DNA of 32,000 bases from Kineococcus radiotolerans SRS30216 = ATCC BAA-149 (GCF_000017305.1 NC_009664.2:1860001-1892000), one strand, 5' to 3'; shown: positions 9,940 to 18,112, counted from the first letter of the stretch. The notes: generated by a model from the sequence alone, not told the origin. Numbers and translations are program-made.

Positions 9940-10412
9940 GCGACGCGCAGAGCCCCGCGGCCCGCCTGGTCGCGCTCGGGCTGACCCTGCCGCCCGTGGC
10001 CGCGCCCGTCGCCTCCTACGTGCCCGCGCTGCGCGACGGCGACCTCGTCCTCACCTCCGGCCAGCTGCCGTTCGTCGACGGCCGGCTCGCCGTCACCGGC
10101 AAGGTCGGCACGGGCGAGGGCCTCGTCGACCCCGAGACCGCCCAGCGCCTCGCCGCGACGTGCGCGCTCAACGCGATCGCGGCCGCCGCGAGCGTGCTCG
10201 GCTCCGTCGACGACATCGCCCGCGTCGTCAAGGTCACCGGCTTCGTGGCCAGCGACCCGTCCTTCACCGGGCAGCCCGGCGTGGTCAACGGCGCCTCCGA
10301 CCTGCTCGGGGAGGTCTTCGGGGGCCGGCACGCCCGCAGCGCCGTCGGCGTCGCCGTGCTGCCGCTGGACTCCCCCGTCGAGGTCGAGATCGTGGTGCGT
10401 GTCCGCTCCTGA
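9936..10412 (+). CDS. RidA/YjgF-family protein (Rv3678c-type)
   Basis: GTG 9936 lies inside ORF 9843..10412. LVLTSGQLPF...VKVTGFV...ARSAVGVAVLPLDSPVEVEIVV is typical of the YjgF/RidA fold. Confidence 0.85.
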   Translation: MSDAQSPAARLVALGLTLPPVAAPVASYVPALRDGDLVLTSGQLPFVDGRLAVTGKVGTGEGLVDPETAQRLAATCALNAIAAAASVLGSVDDIARVVKVTGFVASDPSFTGQPGVVNGASDLLGEVFGGRHARSAVGVAVLPLDSPVEVEIVVRVRS

Positions 10413-11160
10413 CGCGGCCGCCCCGCGGCGCTGGACGGGTGGCCCGGTCACCGACCGGGCCACCTGCGTCCTCGCGCCCAACCCCGGGCCGATGACGCTG
10501 GAGGGCACCAACACCTGGCTGCTGGGCGCCCCCGGCTCCCCGGCGGCCGTGGTCGTCGACCCTGGCGAGGACGACCCCGCCCACCGCGCCGCGATCGAGC
10601 GCGCGCTGGCCGGGCGCGTCGTCGCCCTCGTCGTCGCCACCCACCACCACCACGACCACGTCGGCGGCCTGGACGCGTTCCTCGCCGGACACCCCGCCCC
10701 CGTCGCCCGCCGGCCCGGGCGCCACCACGCCGCCGGGCTGGTCCTGGACGTCCTCGCCACCCCCGGGCACACCGCGGACTCCGTCAGCGTCGTGCTGGGC
10801 ACCGGCGAGCTGCTCACCGGCGACACCCTGCTCGGGCGCGGCAGCACCGTCCTCGCCGCCGACGGCGACCTCGGCCGCTACCTGGCCTCGCTGCGGACCC
10901 TGCTCGACCTCGTCGGCCGGGCGAGCGTCCTGCTGCCCGGTCACGGCCCGGCCCGCACCGACGTCCGCGCCGCCCTCGCCGCTCAGCTCGCCCACCGCCT
11001 CGACCGGCTGGAGCAGGTGCGCGCCGCCGTCGCCGCCGGGGCGCGCGACGTCGACGCGGTCGTCCTCGCCGTGCACGGCCCGCTGGAGGGGACCCTCGCG
11101 CGCGCCGCCGCGCTGTCGGTGCGCGCGCAGCTGGCCCACCTGGGGCTGGAGCTGCCCTAG
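10399..11160 (+). CDS. MBL-fold metallo-hydrolase (Rv3677c-type)
   Basis: 253-aa ORF with APNPGPMTLEGTNTWLL, metal motif THHHHDHVGG, TPGHTADS and LPGHG. It overlaps the RidA gene by 14 nt. Confidence 0.9.
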   Translation: MSAPDAAAPRRWTGGPVTDRATCVLAPNPGPMTLEGTNTWLLGAPGSPAAVVVDPGEDDPAHRAAIERALAGRVVALVVATHHHHDHVGGLDAFLAGHPAPVARRPGRHHAAGLVLDVLATPGHTADSVSVVLGTGELLTGDTLLGRGSTVLAADGDLGRYLASLRTLLDLVGRASVLLPGHGPARTDVRAALAAQLAHRLDRLEQVRAAVAAGARDVDAVVLAVHGPLEGTLARAAALSVRAQLAHLGLELP

Positions 11161-11885
11161 CGGGCCCGGCGCGCCAGGCGCTCGACGTCGTGCAGGACGA
11201 CGGCGCGCGCCTCCAGGCGCAGCCACCCGCGGGAGGCGAAGTCGGCCAGGGCCTTGTTCACCGTCTCGCGCGAGGCCCCGACGAGCTGCGCGAGCTCCTC
11301 CTGGGTGAGGTCGTGGGCCACGAGCTGACCGTCGGCGATGGGCCGCCCGAAGCGGCGGGCGAGGTCGAGCAGGGCCTTGGCGACGCGGCCGGGGACGTCG
11401 GTGAAGACGAGGTCGGCCAGGGTCACGTTGGTGCGGCGCAGCCGCTGGGCCAGCGCCTGCAGCAGGTGGCGGGCGACCTCGGGGCGCCGGGCCAGCCAGC
11501 GCAGCATGTCGTCGTGGCCCAGCGCGATGAGCTCGGCCTCGGAGACGGCGCGCGCGGAGCTCGTCCGGGGCCCGGGGTCGAAGAGGGACAGCTCGCCGAA
11601 CATCTCGCCGGGGCCGAGGACGGCGAGGAGGTTCTCCCGCCCGTCCGGCCAGCTGCGGACCAGCTTGATCTTGCCGGTGCGGACCACGTAGACGCGGTCG
11701 CCGGGTTCACCCTCGGCGAACAGCTGCTCGCCCCGGCCGAGGTGGACCGACTCCATCGTCTCCAGCAGCTCGCCGGCGGCGTCGTCGTCCAGGGCGGCGA
11801 ACAGCGGAGCCCGGCGGACGACGTCACCGGGGCGGTCACCGAGACGCACCGGCTCCGGGATGCCCTCGACCTGCCCGTGCTCCAC
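11157..11885 (-). CDS. crp: cAMP receptor protein, Crp/Fnr-family global regulator (Rv3676/GlxR-type)
   Basis: Lies in ORF 11157..11960. FAEGEPGDRVYVVRTGKIKL, DGRENLLAVLGPGEMFGELSLFDPGPRTSSA, LAQRLRRTN, FTDVPGRVAKALLDLA and THDLTQEELAQLVGASRETVNKALADFASRGWLRLE closely resemble M. tuberculosis Crp as I recall it. Start placed at GTG 11885, 7 nt after GGGAGG. Confidence 0.93.
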   Translation of the reverse strand: MEHGQVEGIPEPVRLGDRPGDVVRRAPLFAALDDDAAGELLETMESVHLGRGEQLFAEGEPGDRVYVVRTGKIKLVRSWPDGRENLLAVLGPGEMFGELSLFDPGPRTSSARAVSEAELIALGHDDMLRWLARRPEVARHLLQALAQRLRRTNVTLADLVFTDVPGRVAKALLDLARRFGRPIADGQLVAHDLTQEELAQLVGASRETVNKALADFASRGWLRLEARAVVLHDVERLARRAR

Positions 11886-11905
11886 CGACCGACCTCCCGT
11901 GCTGT

Positions 11906-11921
11906 CGTGACGCGCATCACT
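11906..11921. promoter_or_regulatory. CRP-like half-palindrome GTGA-N6-TCAC upstream of crp
   Basis: The plus strand reads cGTGAcgcgcaTCACt, 21-36 nt upstream of the crp GTG. It matches only the 4+4 core of TGTGA-N6-TCACA; the flanking T and A are not conserved. Confidence 0.3.
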
Positions 11922-11981
11922 CCGACCCACGTCCCGACAGTGTGCCGCACGAACCGCCACCGGGCCCTGCGGGACCGGGCC

Positions 11982-12563
11982 TCAGCCGCCCGCGCGCCGG
12001 AACAGGGCCCGGCAGCGCTCGGCGAGGACGTCGGTGGCGACGGCCAGCTCGGCGAGCAGGGCCGCCTCGTACCCCGCCAGCCGGCGCTGGGCGCCGGAGA
12101 GCTCCCGCAGCTGCTCCTGCAGGTCCGCCGAGCCGGCCGGGCGCTCCAGGACCAGCAGCCCGCGCAGCCCGTGGCCGGGGTCGAGGGCGCGTTCGACGAG
12201 CGCGTCGGGCAGCAGGGCCTCCCCCGGTCCCGCGCCGCCGAGCAGCCGGTCCAGCGGCCCGCCGTGGCAGGCGGCCTCGACGGGCACCTGCAGCTCCTCC
12301 GGGCCGCAGGCCGTGGCGACCACGAGGTCCAGCCGGGCCCGCACCAGCCGCGTCCAGTGCTGCACGCGGCGCAGCTCGTCCTGCAGCAGCCCGCGGCGGC
12401 GGCGCAGCGCGGGCAGCGGCAGCTCGGCGAGCTCCACCCGCACGGCGTTGCCGCAGCGCAGGGCGTCGGCGTCCTCGAGGACCTCCGACAGGACGGGGGT
12501 CAGCATCGCCTCGAGGAGGTCCGTCTCGGAGGCGCCGTCGGGATCGGCGTCGTGCCTGGTCAT
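11982..12563 (-). CDS. Hypothetical acidic, Leu/Arg-rich helical protein (193 aa), function unknown
   Basis: Of four overlapping ORFs here, only this one has balanced composition and almost exclusively G/C third positions. It contains LRRRRGLLQDELRRVQHWTRLVRARLDLV and LQEQLRELSGAQRRLAGYEAALLAEL, plus four Cys. It sits between crp and nth. Confidence 0.65.
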   Translation of the reverse strand: MTRHDADPDGASETDLLEAMLTPVLSEVLEDADALRCGNAVRVELAELPLPALRRRRGLLQDELRRVQHWTRLVRARLDLVVATACGPEELQVPVEAACHGGPLDRLLGGAGPGEALLPDALVERALDPGHGLRGLLVLERPAGSADLQEQLRELSGAQRRLAGYEAALLAELAVATDVLAERCRALFRRAGG

Positions 12564-12623
12564 GACGTGGGTGTCGTCGCCGCCCGGAGGGCCCTTGATG
12601 CGGTGTCACCCTCCCGGTCGTCC

Positions 12624-12676
12624 CCCGTCACCCGACCGCACCCGTGCTGCGGTGCACGGGTCCGCGGGGTGACGGG
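12624..12676. repeat. Compound inverted repeat: outer 10-bp stem CCCGTCACCC/GGGTGACGGG and inner 8-bp stem ACCCGTGC/GCACGGGT with a 6-nt loop
   Basis: Read directly as CCCGTCACCC gaccgc ACCCGTGC tgcggt GCACGGGT ccgcg GGGTGACGGG. It lies in the 148-bp divergent intergenic region between the 193-aa gene and nth. Confidence 0.75.
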
Positions 12677-12711
12677 TCGGGTCCGTCGGGGCGCCGTCGT
12701 AGGGTCCAGGG

Positions 12712-13416
12712 GTGGAGACGGAGCTGGCCCGCACCCGTCGCGCCCGGCGGGTGCACCGACTGCTGGCCGAGCGCTACCCCGACGCCCACTGCGAGCTCGA
12801 CTTCCGCGACCCGTTCGAGCTGCTGGTCGCGACGATCCTCTCCGCCCAGTGCACCGACGCCCGCGTCAACCAGGTCACCCCGGCGCTGTTCGCCCGCTAC
12901 CCCACCGCCACCGACCTCGCCGGCGCCGACCGCGACGAGCTGGAGGCGCTGATCCGGCCGACGGGGTTCTTCCGGGCCAAGGCCGACTCCCTGCTGAGGA
13001 TGTCCGCGCAGCTGGTCGCCGAGCACGGCGGGCAGGTCCCGGGCCGGCAGGCGGACCTCGTGCGGCTGGCCGGGGTGGGCCGCAAGACCGCCAACGTCGT
13101 CCTCGGCGACGCGTTCGGGGTGCCGGGGCTGACCGTCGACACCCATGTCGGGCGGCTCTCGCGCCGGCTGGGGTTCACCACCCACGACGACCCGGTGAAG
13201 GTGGAGAGCGACCTGGCCGGGCTGATCCAGCGCAAGGACTGGACCATGTTCAACCACCGGATGATCTTCCACGGCCGCCGGACCTGCCACAGCCGGCGCC
13301 CGGCCTGCGGGGCCTGCCCGGTGGCGCGGCTGTGCCCCTCGGCGGGGATCGGCGAGACCGACCCGGTCCGGGCCGCGGCGCTGGTCAAGCGGGGTCCCGC
13401 GGCGGCGCTGGCGTGA
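12712..13416 (+). CDS. nth: Endonuclease III (DNA glycosylase/AP lyase, [4Fe-4S])
   Basis: 234-aa ORF with [22 protein letters not shown], HhH-GPD segment [25 protein letters not shown] and the Fe-S cluster loop C-x6-C-x2-C-x5-C ([17 protein letters not shown]). Confidence 0.95.
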   Translation: METELARTRRARRVHRLLAERYPDAHCELDFRDPFELLVATILSAQCTDARVNQVTPALFARYPTATDLAGADRDELEALIRPTGFFRAKADSLLRMSAQLVAEHGGQVPGRQADLVRLAGVGRKTANVVLGDAFGVPGLTVDTHVGRLSRRLGFTTHDDPVKVESDLAGLIQRKDWTMFNHRMIFHGRRTCHSRRPACGACPVARLCPSAGIGETDPVRAAALVKRGPAAALA

Positions 13417-14114
13417 GCGCGCTCCCGGGGTGGCTGCAGCCGCTGGCCGCGCGGCTGCCGACGGTCACCGCCGCCGACCTGCGCTGGCGCGCGGACCGCT
13501 CCCCCGACCCGGGCACCGCAGCCGCCGCCGCGGCCGCCGCGAGCCGTCCTGCCGCCGTCCTCGTGCTGCTCGCCGAGGGCCCCGGCGGTCCCGAGGTGCT
13601 GCTCACCGAACGGGCCGGGACGCTGCGCCAGCACTCCGGCCAGGTCGCCTTCCCCGGCGGGCGCAGCGACCCGGGCGACGCCGACGCCGCCGCCACCGCG
13701 CTGCGCGAGGCCGAGGAGGAGACCGGGCTGGAACCGGGCGGGGTGAGCGTCCTGGGGCAGCTGCCGCCGCTGGCGCTGGCGCACTCCGGGCACCGGGTGA
13801 CCTGCGTCGTCGGGCACTGGCACGCGCCCTGCCCCGTCGGGGTCGTGGACCCCTCCGAGGTCGCGCGGGTGGAGCGGGTCCCGCTGGCGGAGCTCTTCGC
13901 CGAGGGCGCCGTCCGCCGGGTCCGCGGCCCCGGCGGGCCCGGGGCCTACGTCGGGCCGGCGTTCGCCGTGCGCGGGCTGCTGGTGTGGGGCTTCACCGCG
14001 GAGGTCCTGGTGCGGGTCCTGGACCTCGGCGGGCTGCGGCCGCCCCCGCCCGCGACGGCCGTCGCGGAGCTGTCCCTGGAGCAGGCCCTGGACTGGGCAG
14101 GGGCCGGCGCGTGA
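13413..14114 (+). CDS. NUDIX hydrolase (CoA pyrophosphatase-like; Rv3672c-type)
   Basis: GTG 13413 overlaps the nth stop (GTGA), inside ORF 11190..14114. Nudix box [31 protein letters not shown]. The upstream 741 codons of the ORF are antisense or out-of-frame to crp and nth. Confidence 0.88.
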   Translation: MSALPGWLQPLAARLPTVTAADLRWRADRSPDPGTAAAAAAAASRPAAVLVLLAEGPGGPEVLLTERAGTLRQHSGQVAFPGGRSDPGDADAAATALREAEEETGLEPGGVSVLGQLPPLALAHSGHRVTCVVGHWHAPCPVGVVDPSEVARVERVPLAELFAEGAVRRVRGPGGPGAYVGPAFAVRGLLVWGFTAEVLVRVLDLGGLRPPPPATAVAELSLEQALDWAGAGA

Positions 14115-15319
14115 GCCCCTCCGGCGTCCTCGACGTCCTCCTCGCGGTCCTGCTGCTCGTGCAGCTCGTCGCGGGCTACCGCGAGGGGTTCCTCGTCGGC
14201 CTCGCCGGGCTCCTCGGCCTCGTCGGCGGGGCGGCCGCCGGGGTCCTCGCGCTGCCCCGGGTCGTGGACGACTGGCCCCCCGGGGTCCAGCGGACCCTCG
14301 TCGTGGTCCTGGGGACCGTGCTGCTGGCCGTCCTGGGGCGGTTGCTGCTGAGCCTCCTCGGGGCGCGGCTGCGCGCGCACGTGCGCTGGCGCCCGGCGCG
14401 CCTCGCCGACGCCGTCCTCGGGGCCGTCGCGGGGCTGGTGGCGACGCTGCTCGTGGTGTGGGTCGTCGCGGGCGCGGCGCGCACCGCCCCGCTGCCGCGG
14501 GTCGTGCAGGCGGTCACCGGCTCCCGGGTCGTGAGCGCGGTCGACGGCCTCGTGCCCCCCGGCGCCGGGGACCTGCTCTCGACGTTCTGGGCCGCGGCCC
14601 GGGCCAACGGCTTCCCCCGGGTCTTCACCGGCCTGGGTGCGGAGCCCATCACCACCGTCGACCCGCCCGGCCCGCTGCGCGAGACCGAGGGGCTGCGCGC
14701 GGCGCGCGCCGGCGTCGTCAAGGTCACCGGGGTGGCGCGCTCCTGCCGCCGGGGCCTGGAGGGCAGCGGCTTCGTCGCCGGGCGGGTCGGGGGCTCCGCG
14801 CGGGTCGTCACCAACGCCCACGTCGTGGCCGGGGTCACCGACCCGCTCGTGCAGCCCGGCGGGGAGGGGCCGCAGCACCCGGCGACGGTCGTGGCCTACG
14901 ACCCGGGCCTGGACCTGGCCGTGCTCGACGTGCCCGGCCTCGACGCCGCCCCCCTGCCGCGCGCGGCGGAGCTGGCCCGCGGGGACGCGGCCCTCGTGGT
15001 GGGCTTCCCCCTGGACGGCCCCTACGCGGTGCAGCCGGGCCGGGTGCGCGAGGTGCTGCGCGCGCAGGGCCGCGACGTCTACGACACGACCGACGTCGTG
15101 CGTGAGGTCTACTCCGTGTACGCGCAGGTGCAGCCGGGCAACTCCGGCGGCCCGCTGCTCACCGAGGACGGCGAGGTCGCCGGGGTGGTGTTCGCGAAGT
15201 CCCTCGACGACGAGGAGACCGGTTACGCGCTGACCCCGCGGGAGCTTGACCGGGTGCTCGCCGAGGCCGGGAGCAGCACCGCGCCGGTGCCGACCGGGGG
15301 CTGCACCACCGGCGAGTGA
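14111..15319 (+). CDS. MarP-like membrane serine protease (CvpA-type TM domain + trypsin-like S1 domain; Rv3671c-type)
   Basis: GTG 14111 overlaps the NUDIX stop (GTGA), inside ORF 13430..15319. The N-terminal hydrophobic helices begin LDVLLAVLLLVQLVAGYREGF. The protease part has GSGFV...VVTNAHVVAG, YDPGLDLAVLDV and GNSGGPLL as the catalytic His/Asp/Ser contexts. Confidence 0.9.
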   Translation: MSPSGVLDVLLAVLLLVQLVAGYREGFLVGLAGLLGLVGGAAAGVLALPRVVDDWPPGVQRTLVVVLGTVLLAVLGRLLLSLLGARLRAHVRWRPARLADAVLGAVAGLVATLLVVWVVAGAARTAPLPRVVQAVTGSRVVSAVDGLVPPGAGDLLSTFWAAARANGFPRVFTGLGAEPITTVDPPGPLRETEGLRAARAGVVKVTGVARSCRRGLEGSGFVAGRVGGSARVVTNAHVVAGVTDPLVQPGGEGPQHPATVVAYDPGLDLAVLDVPGLDAAPLPRAAELARGDAALVVGFPLDGPYAVQPGRVREVLRAQGRDVYDTTDVVREVYSVYAQVQPGNSGGPLLTEDGEVAGVVFAKSLDDEETGYALTPRELDRVLAEAGSSTAPVPTGGCTTGE

Positions 15320-15329
15320 GGCCGTGCGC

Positions 15330-16313
15330 TCAGCGGGCCCGCGACCCGTCCGCGCCCTGCGCCTCCAGCGCGCTCACGTCGGCGACCGGGACGGGCCGGC
15401 GCGACCAGCGGGTGGCGAGGAGGGAGCCGGAGACGTTGTGCCACACGGAGAAGATCGCGGCCGGCAGGGCCGCGGCGGGGGCGAAGTAGACGGTGGCCAG
15501 CGCGGCGGCCAGCCCGGAGTTCTGCATGCCCACCTCGATGCTGATGGCCCGCCGGCTCGCCACCGGCATGCGCGTCGCGCGGCCCACCGCGTACCCCAGC
15601 GCCAGACCGCCCACGTTGTGCAGGACGACGGCCAGGACGAGGACGAGGCCGACCTCCAGCAGCGTCGAGGCGCTGCCCGCGACGACGGCGAGCACCACCG
15701 CGGTGATGCCGAGCACGGAGAGCAGGGGCAGGACGTCGAGGCAGCGCTCCACCACCCGCGGCAGCAGCAGCCGCAGCAGCAGGCCGAGCACGACCGGCAC
15801 GAGGACGATCTGCAGGATGGAGCGGAACATGGCCCAGCCGTCGACCGGCAGGGACTCCCCCACCAGGGCCAGCACCAGCAGCGGGGTGAGGACGGGGGCG
15901 ATCAGCGTGGACACCGAGGTCATGGCCACCGACAGCGGGGTGTCGCCCTTGGCCAGGTAGACCATGACGTTGGAGGCGGTCCCCCCGGGCGCGGCGCCCA
16001 CGAGGATCATCCCGGCCGTCAGCACCGCGGAGAGCCCCAGCAGGTGGGCGACCCCGAACCCCAGCAGCGGCATGATCGTGTACTGCGCCGCGACGCCGAG
16101 CAGCAGCGCCCAGGGGCGCCGGCCGATGATCGCGAAGTCCGCGGGGCGCATGGTCATCCCCATGCCCAGCATGATCACGCTCAGCAGCCACGGGACGGCC
16201 GGTGACCACCCCGCGAACGCCGGCGGGAACGCCAGCGCCACCGCACCCGCCGCGAGCACGATCAGGGCGAACCACCGACCGACGAACGCGCTGACTCCCC
16301 GCACCGTCTCCAC
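15330..16313 (-). CDS. Bile acid:sodium symporter (BASS/SBF) family transporter
   Basis: C-terminal 327 codons of ORF 15330..17147. Polytopic membrane protein with LLSVIMLGMGMTMRPADF, GAAPGGTASNVMVYLAKGDTPLSV and EVGMQNSGLAAALA. Start at GTG 16313 (GTG 16304 is the alternative). The upstream part of the ORF overlaps the hydrolase gene out of frame. Confidence 0.88.
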   Translation of the reverse strand: METVRGVSAFVGRWFALIVLAAGAVALAFPPAFAGWSPAVPWLLSVIMLGMGMTMRPADFAIIGRRPWALLLGVAAQYTIMPLLGFGVAHLLGLSAVLTAGMILVGAAPGGTASNVMVYLAKGDTPLSVAMTSVSTLIAPVLTPLLVLALVGESLPVDGWAMFRSILQIVLVPVVLGLLLRLLLPRVVERCLDVLPLLSVLGITAVVLAVVAGSASTLLEVGLVLVLAVVLHNVGGLALGYAVGRATRMPVASRRAISIEVGMQNSGLAAALATVYFAPAAALPAAIFSVWHNVSGSLLATRWSRRPVPVADVSALEAQGADGSRAR

Positions 16314-16378
16314 GGGGGACGAGGGTGCCACGACCCGGCCGGGGGCGGGGACCGGGCCCCGCGGGCTCACCGGTGGGC

Positions 16379-17296
16379 TCACCAGCGGGCGAGCCACCCC
16401 GTGAGGGTCGTCGTCATCCGCTCCGGGGCCTCCTCGGGGACGTGGTGGCCCACCCCGGGCACCTCCACCACCCGGTGCGGCCCGCGGGCGTAGCGCCCGG
16501 CCGCCTCCAGCGCCCCGGCCGGGACGGTGGGGTCCAGCTCGCCGCGCACCTGCAGGACGGGGACCTCGACCCCGCCGCGCAGGGCGGCCGCGAACCGCCG
16601 CCCGTCGGCGCGCAGGGCCGAGCGCGCGATCCAGCGGTGGTACTCCAGCGCCGAGTGGGCCACGAACGGGACCCGGATCGCCTCGCGGTAGCGCTCCACG
16701 TCGGCCGGGGCGGGCCAGCCGGGCCCGGAGCGCTCGCGCAGGACCCGTTCCACCCCGTCCCCGCTCACCAGCCGGCGCTCGGGCAGGGCGGGCAGCTGGC
16801 GGGCGAAGGCGGTGCGGGTGGTGGCCAGCCCGCTGGCCTCCCCGAGCCGTTCCCGCAGGACGTGGCGGGAGAGCAGCGGGTGCGCCGCGCCCACGACGAC
16901 GATGCCGCGGACCTCCTCCGGGTGCAGCGACGGCAGCGCCCACGCCGTGCGGCCGGCGATCCCGTGCCCGACGACGACGGCGTCGCGCTCCCCGAGGGCG
17001 CGTACGACGGCGGCCACGTCGGCGGCGGAGGTGGGGGTGTCGTAGCCGCGGGGGGGCTTGTCGGAGGCGCCGTAGCCGCGCAGGTCCATCGCGACCGCGC
17101 GGTAGCCGGCCGCGGCCAGCGCCACGACCTGGGCGCGCCACGCCCACCAGAACTGCGGGAAGTCGTGCAGCAGCAGGACCAGCGGCCCCTCACCGAGCTC
17201 GGCGACGTGGAACCGCGCGCCGTGGGCGGCGACCAGCCGGTGCCGCCACGGCCCCTCGACCAGGACGGCCGAGACGTCGGTCGGGGGAACGCCCAC
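16379..17296 (-). CDS. Alpha/beta-hydrolase fold protein, epoxide-hydrolase-like (Rv3670 position), with a non-canonical nucleophile elbow
   Basis: 305-aa ORF with LLLHDFPQFWWAWR, AMDLRGYGASD and C-terminal GELD and GVGHHVPEEAP (acid and His contexts). The nucleophile-elbow position reads VVVGHGIAGRTAW instead of GHDWGG or GxSxG. Confidence 0.85.
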   Translation of the reverse strand: MGVPPTDVSAVLVEGPWRHRLVAAHGARFHVAELGEGPLVLLLHDFPQFWWAWRAQVVALAAAGYRAVAMDLRGYGASDKPPRGYDTPTSAADVAAVVRALGERDAVVVGHGIAGRTAWALPSLHPEEVRGIVVVGAAHPLLSRHVLRERLGEASGLATTRTAFARQLPALPERRLVSGDGVERVLRERSGPGWPAPADVERYREAIRVPFVAHSALEYHRWIARSALRADGRRFAAALRGGVEVPVLQVRGELDPTVPAGALEAAGRYARGPHRVVEVPGVGHHVPEEAPERMTTTLTGWLARW

Positions 17297-17336
17297 GCCC
17301 GTCCTCGTCCCCCCTCGTCGGCGCCCCGCCCGGTCC

Positions 17337-17834
17337 TCAGTGCTTGACGCTGTGCGAACCCGGGCCGACGGCGACGGGGCCGGCGGAGGGACCGGCCGCG
17401 ATGGTCTTGGCGACGGGCTTGCCGGTGGCCGCGGCCTTGATCGCGGCGATGCTGTCCTTGGTGGTGCGGATGGTGCGCTCCGGCGGCTTGACCTGCTTGA
17501 TGCGGCCGAAGCCGACGGCCGCGGCGAGGCCGGCGACGACGAGCATCGCGGCCGCGACGACGAGGAAGCTCAGCCAGATCGGCCAGCCCGCCCCCTCGTG
17601 CAGGGCGAAGGCGACGGTGATGCCGAGGAAGACGAAGGCGACGAAGCCGAAGAGGCCCGCGACGCCGAAGAGGCCGCCGCCGATGGCGCCGTTCTTCACG
17701 TCGGCGGTGATCTCGGCCTTGGCGAGGGCGATCTCGTAGCGGACGAGTTCGCTCATGTCCTTGGTCGCGTCGGCCACGAGCTGACCGATCGTGCGTTCGG
17801 GCGCACCGACGGGACGGTCGTTCAGGGTGGTCAT
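17337..17834 (-). CDS. Holin-X/holin superfamily III-like (PF07332-type) membrane protein
   Basis: 165-aa ORF; ATG 17834 is preceded by AGGAGG. TIGQLVADATKDMSELVRYEIALAKAEITADVKNGAIGGGLFGVAG is followed by two TM helices. This is the pattern of chromosomal actinobacterial proteins annotated as phage holin family. Confidence 0.75.
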   Translation of the reverse strand: MTTLNDRPVGAPERTIGQLVADATKDMSELVRYEIALAKAEITADVKNGAIGGGLFGVAGLFGFVAFVFLGITVAFALHEGAGWPIWLSFLVVAAAMLVVAGLAAAVGFGRIKQVKPPERTIRTTKDSIAAIKAAATGKPVAKTIAAGPSAGPVAVGPGSHSVKH

Positions 17835-18112
17835 GGAGTCCTCCTAGGCCCAGGCTGCGCGCACCGCGCGGGTGACGGGTGCGCGGGGTGAACCCTAGGA
17901 GTTCGGCCCCGCGCGTGCACGGGAGGGGGAGCGCGTCGCCGCCGGCGGGGGGACCGACGACGACGCCGAGGTCGCTCTCGTACAGGGGGACGAGCGACGA
18001 CCAGGACGACACTACGACTCTCAACCTCCTCGCGCGGGGGTTCTCGCGAAGTCAAACGCGCCGGCGCGGTCTTTCCCCCGATCGGAGCAGGCGGGGGTGC
18101 GCGCAGCCACCC

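Noticed and set aside
11982-12563. The 193-aa protein as an RsiG-like c-di-GMP-binding anti-sigma factor
   Set aside because: The helices look superficially similar, but I could not find the RsiG signature E-x3-S-x2-R-x3-Q-x3-D in either helix. When aligned on the RLD end, the corresponding positions are L, Q, T and R.
11190-13412. First 741 codons of the 974-aa ORF 11190..14114
   Set aside because: They are antisense to crp and to the 193-aa gene, and out of frame with nth. Only the last 233 codons (NUDIX box) look like protein.
16314-17147. N-terminal extension of the BASS transporter ORF (605 aa)
   Set aside because: It overlaps the alpha/beta hydrolase gene in another frame and is Arg/Pro/Gly-rich. 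The membrane-protein sequence begins near 16313.
17337-17834. Holin-like gene as evidence of a prophage lysis module
   Set aside because: There is no adjacent endolysin, spanin, or any structural or integrase gene. This protein type is a common chromosomal gene in actinobacteria and occupies a conserved housekeeping block here.
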